Of a stretch of 63,004 nucleotides of DNA, positions 57,726 through 63,004 are shown piece by piece (position 1 is the first letter of the stretch; each line of letters opens with the position of its first letter). Both the position numbers and the translations under genes were made by a program. Origin of the DNA: an uncultured Nitrospirota bacterium (GTDB lineage: Bacteria; Nitrospirota; Nitrospiria; JACRHA01); contig CAYZUL010000002.1 in the NCBI GenBank assembly GCA_964481895.1, positions 26,347 to 89,350 on the forward strand, given 5' to 3'. Below the pieces are notes generated by a model, which had not been told where the DNA came from, ran no database searches, and worked only from the letters and a program-made list of their open reading frames with translations.

Positions 57726-58703
57726 TCATAATAATTTCCTGACAACATTTGCCATGAAAAATAGGGAATAAGCTATTCGTCTTGGTAGCACAATAGCAGG
57801 TAGTGTAAAAATCCAAAAGTAGATATATCCCTTGTACAAGGGATATAAAACTTTATAATAATCCTCTTTTTTAGTTTTAATAATATCCATTCTCGACCTT
57901 ATAACATTTGCTGGAAAAAATCTTGAAAGTAGTTTTTTATTTACAATTTCAAAAAATTCTCTGTTTACCCCTTTACTTATAAATGCATAAGAAATTTTGT
58001 TAAAATTGACCCCGAATACTTCACAGAGTCTGTATCCTCCCGAATTATACAATTTAGCTGCAATTAAATACTCCCTGACAAAAACATTTTTCTGTGAATT
58101 TAATAGCGCAGGAAAAGTCCATCCTAATTGGATTAAATTAGTATTTATAAATTCCTCTAAATCCGAATTGGGGGGCACAAGAGATTTGTTAATTATATTG
58201 ACGGAGGTAAATGTTAAAAAATAATTGACCTTTCGTATAAACTTTTTCAGATTGTTATAAACAATGTATCCCTTAAGATATCTTATTGGTCTTTCCAAAA
58301 TAAAATTGTTCACAAAACCGTACGAGCTTAGATGAACAATTCCATAATTTCCTCCTTCTAAAATATCCAGAATCTTTTCAATAGAGCCATCAAGCAAGAT
58401 ATCGTCATCACCTAAAATTAATACATATTTGCTATTTGCCATAATAAAGCATTGTAGAAAATTTTTGTCTGATCCAATATTTTCTCTATTTTTAATATAC
58501 TTGATAGTAAAACCCTTAGAAATATATTTGTTAACTATCTCGGAACTATTGTCTGTAGAATTATTATCCGAGACGAGGATTTCTACGCAAGATTTGTTTT
58601 TTTTCAGTTGCCAGCATATGTGAGATAAACTCTGCTCGAGATATGGGGCCCTGTTATAAGTTGGTATGGCTATCGTAAGTAGCTTCCCATCTTGAATACC
58701 CAC
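57726..58703 (-). CDS. GT2 glycosyltransferase
   Basis: LTIAIPTYNRAPYLEQSL, VSDNNSTDNS and LGDDDIL (DxD). The tracked start at 58763 is TTG. The GTG at 58703, preceded by AAAGAGGAG 8 nt upstream, is preferred. Confidence 0.8.
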   Translation of the reverse strand: MGIQDGKLLTIAIPTYNRAPYLEQSLSHICWQLKKNKSCVEILVSDNNSTDNSSEIVNKYISKGFTIKYIKNRENIGSDKNFLQCFIMANSKYVLILGDDDILLDGSIEKILDILEGGNYGIVHLSSYGFVNNFILERPIRYLKGYIVYNNLKKFIRKVNYFLTFTSVNIINKSLVPPNSDLEEFINTNLIQLGWTFPALLNSQKNVFVREYLIAAKLYNSGGYRLCEVFGVNFNKISYAFISKGVNREFFEIVNKKLLSRFFPANVIRSRMDIIKTKKEDYYKVLYPLYKGYIYFWIFTLPAIVLPRRIAYSLFFMANVVRKLL

Positions 58704-60019
58704 CTGTGTGACTCCTCTTTTCTTTTCTGGTAAAAAATGCTTATGACCCAAGGGACTCCCCAAAGGTAACTCGATAAAAACCCGAGGAAGAAATATTTAG
58801 GTGGTAGAAATTTGACGCACAGGAAAGTTGTTATTACTATATAAAGGGCTGATAAAAAAGAAGGAACTACCAAGGGCTCTTCCTTGTAGGCTCTTAAATA
58901 TATGGCAAGGGTATTTACGATAACCTGTAAGAACCATGCCGCCGCAAGAAAAGACATCGAGGTCGTATCTACAAATTTATCTACTATAGCCACTTTTCCT
59001 TTCAATAGAAAGATTAGCAAAAAGACCATCGCAGCGCTAGCCATGAATGTAATGCATGACAGGATTAAATTTTTAGAAAATAAATTGTCGCGGGCCTTCC
59101 ATTCCTTCTTTGAAACATGCATATTCAACTTTGGGGTTACAGCTGAAACCCATACATTCGATATGCTGAATATTCCCATCCAGAGAGTTATACTGATCCC
59201 TATCTTACCTGCCTCAACCGGCCCATGGAAATGAAACATAACCGGTGTATACATCTGAAAGATGAAATACCCGCTCACCCAGCTTACGGCATACCTCCAA
59301 AATAGCGGTATAACTTCGCCCCTCCACTGATAACTGCATGTTTTTGACTCCTCGATAAAACCCGAAATTGCAGGGCTAAATTCTTTCAATATCAAGATAC
59401 TGCCTAAGATAGCACCGGCAAGAAGTGAAACTGACAGGGCGAGTAACCCGAGCTTTAGTACAAGGGTAAGACACATGGTCAGTGTCATAAAAATAACTAT
59501 CACCGACCTCATTCTTTGAACAATCCCAACCGAGTCGCATCCCTCAAAGAAATACAGGATGACATTGTTAACAAATGTCATAGCTGCACCGATTACAAAG
59601 ATAATCCATGGGATATACCAATAAACATTAGTATTTCTAAAGGAAAACAGATAATACCCTATGAACAATATCACGGGGACTGACAATAATACTATCGTAG
59701 TTATCCATCTTATGGTAAAGGTAAAAAGTGTAGAAAGCCTTTTTAAATGCCTCTCGTCACCTTTTATTATACGATATTTGTCAAAGTGGAGATGGGCAAA
59801 TTCATGGGCTGATAATTGCAATATCAGATTTGAAAAACCTAAGTCAGCCAACATGATCAAGGCAGCGAGGCCTGAGAATGTAAACCAGTATCCTTGCTCT
59901 TCAGGGGAGATGAAAATGGGGACCAATAATAATGTGGCGAATCCATTAACAGATTTTGATATCTGATTAAATCCGGTAAATATGTGATCGCTGCTTAAAT
60001 GTTTTATTATAAAACCCAT
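58670..60019 (-). CDS. Polytopic membrane protein, probable Wzx-type oligosaccharide flippase
   Basis: 449 aa with about 10-12 hydrophobic helices. Its size and its position next to GT2 genes are typical of Wzx. No diagnostic motif was recognised. Confidence 0.5.
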   Translation of the reverse strand: MGFIIKHLSSDHIFTGFNQISKSVNGFATLLLVPIFISPEEQGYWFTFSGLAALIMLADLGFSNLILQLSAHEFAHLHFDKYRIIKGDERHLKRLSTLFTFTIRWITTIVLLSVPVILFIGYYLFSFRNTNVYWYIPWIIFVIGAAMTFVNNVILYFFEGCDSVGIVQRMRSVIVIFMTLTMCLTLVLKLGLLALSVSLLAGAILGSILILKEFSPAISGFIEESKTCSYQWRGEVIPLFWRYAVSWVSGYFIFQMYTPVMFHFHGPVEAGKIGISITLWMGIFSISNVWVSAVTPKLNMHVSKKEWKARDNLFSKNLILSCITFMASAAMVFLLIFLLKGKVAIVDKFVDTTSMSFLAAAWFLQVIVNTLAIYLRAYKEEPLVVPSFLSALYIVITTFLCVKFLPPKYFFLGFLSSYLWGVPWVISIFYQKRKEESHRWVFKMGSYLR

Positions 60020-60073
60020 TATCAGAAGAAAATTTTTTATAAGTCCGCTAACAATAGCGGTTGCAATCGAAGT

Positions 60074-62509
60074 CTATGATGTTCGTTTGTAAACACTAAT
60101 CAACTTGCCTTTTTCAATAAGTTCGTACTCATCTTTGACTGCATAAAAAATATTATACAACTCACGATACCTCCCAATCCTTGATGTCCTCTCCTGAATC
60201 GTCCCTATATCATTATATATTTTTGCCCAAGGATCGATAGAATAGTTATCCATATTAGAATCAACAAAAATATATTCTGGCTTACGAGATGATAATGTAC
60301 TCACTGCTTCTTGGCTTTCAACTGGAGAGAAAAGATGCCAGTGCATTTCAAAAAAAGGCATTTTGCTGTATTTTTTTGAGAGAAATGGCAATATATTGTC
60401 ATACCTTGAAATGATATAGATACCATTCTCATTGCCACTATATTTACTTATTAAAGATATGCTTTCATTTATCGATTCGGGATTTATTGTTGTTACCAGA
60501 TGAGCCCTGTCGTAATTCCATTCATATATTTTATGATCTCCAAAATTATCCATAAACATCTTTTTCTGCTTATAAAAATGTTTTATGGAGATTAAAACCA
60601 CAAAAATAAGAACAAAGGATAATATTCTTGCGCAGTTGTGCAATAACTTACTTACATTGATATTTTCTTTAAAAAATATTTCTCGAGCCAAATAGATCAT
60701 CAGAAATAACTGTAAGCCTGCAAAAGGAATCACTGTAGGAAGATGGTTTGAAAGACCAGACCAGTAATAATAAACAAACAGTCCTTGGGTATATATAAAA
60801 ATAAAAAGATAGATATACTTAAAATAATGCCTTTCCTCTCGCAGAAAGAAAAGGAATAAATAGGAGACAACAAGATAGCATATTGTTAGAAAAATGATTA
60901 CAGGATTTGCAGGCCAGGAAAAAAGTCCAAGTATGAAATAAGAAAAGGTTTTACCCATAGGCCCTATAGCGGCTAGATGCAAAGATAAAAATATCAATAA
61001 TACTGATATAAATAAAGTCGATAACCAAAGGTACCTATTTTTACCCTGCTTGTTCTCAATAATGTATAAAAATATCGAGACAATAAATGCGCCAGCAAGC
61101 ATAAGCCCGAACTGCCTATTTATTATTACGTTAGCCAGCGTAAGAAGTATTGCCAGTCCCAAATATAATAAACTCTTTTTTCTAAAGAATAATAATAATA
61201 ATATAAGAACAATGGCATCGAAGAAGTGGATGAGAGGCAGTATCCCCGGTGCCAATATTAAGGCAATATAACCTTGATAAAAAAAAGCAGCCGCCACAAA
61301 AGCGAAGACCCCGAAGATATAAACGCTGTCTTTAAATAAGAAGTAAAGCAAAAGTAAAAAGGTCAAAAAATAAATGACATAATAGATGTAGCATTTATAA
61401 TAATTCTCAATAGATAATCCACCAAAAAAATCCATTGTTCTTTGCAGAATAAAAGTAAAACCGATGTCGTATTGAGGATAAACCTCTCCCATAGGCTTAC
61501 CGAGCGCATACTCATTTATCGGGTTTAAAACATGACCAATATGATTGATCTGACCTCTTGTCATATTTTGATGAGAATATTCAAGTTGGTTATAAAAATA
61601 AAACTGTTTTATTTTTTCAATATCAACCGTTTTTAATTTCTCAACAAGGCCTTTATAACTCACATAGGATTGCTCTTTTAAGTTTGAAATCTTTTCCAAA
61701 GATAACTCATTCCTTTCGATCTTCGAAATGATAACTTGTTGAATTGGCTTGATATCTTTGTATTTAAATTCATTGTAAAATCTCGCAATGTCAACGGCTC
61801 TATTAGATATCCCTTGCCTTTCATCCATGTTGCTTTTTAAATCAATAAATACATCCAAGACGACATCGATATCATGCTCACTTAGATACGTTAAGAATTC
61901 TTTATTACTTACATCCTCACCTTTTATGTATGTTACGCCATAAATATCGTCATATTCGTTCATTAAGTAAACGGGACCCTTAAAGACCAGGAAAGGTTCC
62001 AAAGAGATGAGAAACAACAGGATCCAAGACAAGATACTAAATGTTTTTTTTCGCAACAAGAGCCCTGGATCAAATAGGTAAAATAAAGGAGTAAGGAAAA
62101 TGACAAAAGATATTACGATACGTTGCGATACGGATAAAAATGGTATAAGAATTAAAGAAATAACGGAACCAAACAAAATCAAATAAGAATACGAACCTCT
62201 TTCTTGCGCTAAATGCCGTATCAGTTCCGTATTCTTCTTGTTAATAATCAGATATACAAATAGACCATACAGCCCAAGATTAATACTCAGAAACATATAA
62301 TGAGCCAGATTGCTTTCCATCGGATGAAAAAAGATAGAAACCCAAGGATAAACTTCAAAATCATAATCAGTTAACAGTAACTTCCTTAGCAACGATACTG
62401 CATTCCATGAGCATATACCTAATGCAAAAAAAGATAATATTAATTGGACTCCAAACAACAATAATTTATCCTTAATAACCTCTATGAAGTTCTGAACATT
62501 GTTTTTCAT
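60074..62509 (-). CDS. Large (811 aa) polytopic membrane protein of unknown function (candidate GT-C/polymerase-like)
   Basis: N-terminal TM cluster, a ~150-aa soluble insert, a second cluster of ~10 TM helices, and a ~170-aa C-terminal soluble domain. Very AT-rich coding sequence. Confidence 0.4.
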   Translation of the reverse strand: MKNNVQNFIEVIKDKLLLFGVQLILSFFALGICSWNAVSLLRKLLLTDYDFEVYPWVSIFFHPMESNLAHYMFLSINLGLYGLFVYLIINKKNTELIRHLAQERGSYSYLILFGSVISLILIPFLSVSQRIVISFVIFLTPLFYLFDPGLLLRKKTFSILSWILLFLISLEPFLVFKGPVYLMNEYDDIYGVTYIKGEDVSNKEFLTYLSEHDIDVVLDVFIDLKSNMDERQGISNRAVDIARFYNEFKYKDIKPIQQVIISKIERNELSLEKISNLKEQSYVSYKGLVEKLKTVDIEKIKQFYFYNQLEYSHQNMTRGQINHIGHVLNPINEYALGKPMGEVYPQYDIGFTFILQRTMDFFGGLSIENYYKCYIYYVIYFLTFLLLLYFLFKDSVYIFGVFAFVAAAFFYQGYIALILAPGILPLIHFFDAIVLILLLLFFRKKSLLYLGLAILLTLANVIINRQFGLMLAGAFIVSIFLYIIENKQGKNRYLWLSTLFISVLLIFLSLHLAAIGPMGKTFSYFILGLFSWPANPVIIFLTICYLVVSYLFLFFLREERHYFKYIYLFIFIYTQGLFVYYYWSGLSNHLPTVIPFAGLQLFLMIYLAREIFFKENINVSKLLHNCARILSFVLIFVVLISIKHFYKQKKMFMDNFGDHKIYEWNYDRAHLVTTINPESINESISLISKYSGNENGIYIISRYDNILPFLSKKYSKMPFFEMHWHLFSPVESQEAVSTLSSRKPEYIFVDSNMDNYSIDPWAKIYNDIGTIQERTSRIGRYRELYNIFYAVKDEYELIEKGKLISVYKRTS

Positions 62510-62628
62510 GTTCTTAGACTCTGGTTAATTAAATTGACTAACACTTTACGTTCAAAAACTGTTGTGGTTTACATGTGCTAACTTGGGTCCGTTTCCAAAT
62601 GAAACTTACCCGGTTAATGACCGATTAC

Positions 62629-62982
62629 TTACATAACATAGTTTTTAACAGTTTGGGTATAGATATCAAAGTCAATTGAATTATTTTGAATATTTATGCC
62701 ATCTCTAACCGTCTTATCTGAGTCGACTATTAAACAACTTTGATTTTCAAATACAACGTTCTTATTCAGCGTTGTATACAAATGACCGCGTTCTTTTTCT
62801 ATAAATAAATAAACCTTATGATCCATGAAATGTTTATAATATGGTTTGTCTTTCCAATGATCTGAATCCCAAAATCCCGGGATCATCCACGGCGTTGGCA
62901 AAACAGCTGGGTACATGTCTCTATAGAGGATATCTAGAATTGGGTTAGCCTGAGATCTTGTCAATAGGTGTGGAAATAGCAT
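62629..62982 (-). CDS. Hypothetical protein
   Basis: 117-aa ORF, co-directional with the locus. No recognisable motif. Confidence 0.35.
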   Translation of the reverse strand: MLFPHLLTRSQANPILDILYRDMYPAVLPTPWMIPGFWDSDHWKDKPYYKHFMDHKVYLFIEKERGHLYTTLNKNVVFENQSCLIVDSDKTVRDGINIQNNSIDFDIYTQTVKNYVM

Positions 62983-63004
62983 TTAGGCAGCCATCCTTTC
63001 TGAC

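Overview
Nearly the whole 63-kb window is one co-directional, minus-strand glycan-biosynthesis super-locus of about 55 genes. Only the left edge differs: a plus-strand NYN/YacP-like gene and a tRNA-Cys(GCA) that ends 1 nt from the stop of the last locus gene. The locus looks composite. (i) 0.7-4.5 kb is an initiation module: CapD/WbpM-like dehydratase, PglC-like small phosphoglycosyl transferase and an SDR. (ii) 4.5-34.5 kb is a long tailoring and assembly block. Six paralogous B12-binding radical SAM genes are each followed directly by a GT-B glycosyltransferase. Between them sit a glucuronyl C5-epimerase-like gene, an Asp-box beta-propeller, AsnB-like and CapK-like amide-forming enzymes, methyltransferases, an extra radical SAM/SPASM enzyme, gmd, an O-acetyltransferase, and decayed gene and IS fragments. 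(iii) 34.6-42.4 kb is an ABC-transporter-type module: Wzy_C/WaaL-like protein, Wzm, Wzt with a C-terminal extension, GT9 and a DUF4254-like gene. (iv) 42.6-48.9 kb is a WbpB/D/E/I-like diacetamido-sugar module interrupted by a further radical SAM gene. (v) 48.9-62.5 kb is a Wza/Wzc/CpsB export module, followed after an 838-bp non-coding gap by a WbaP-like initiating transferase, GT2s, a flippase-like protein and an 811-aa membrane protein. The most unusual feature is the six-fold repeated radical SAM (cobalamin class) + glycosyltransferase cassette, which matches no characterised O-antigen, capsule or EPS pathway that I know of. All functional calls come from motif recognition by eye on the supplied translations. 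No database search was run.
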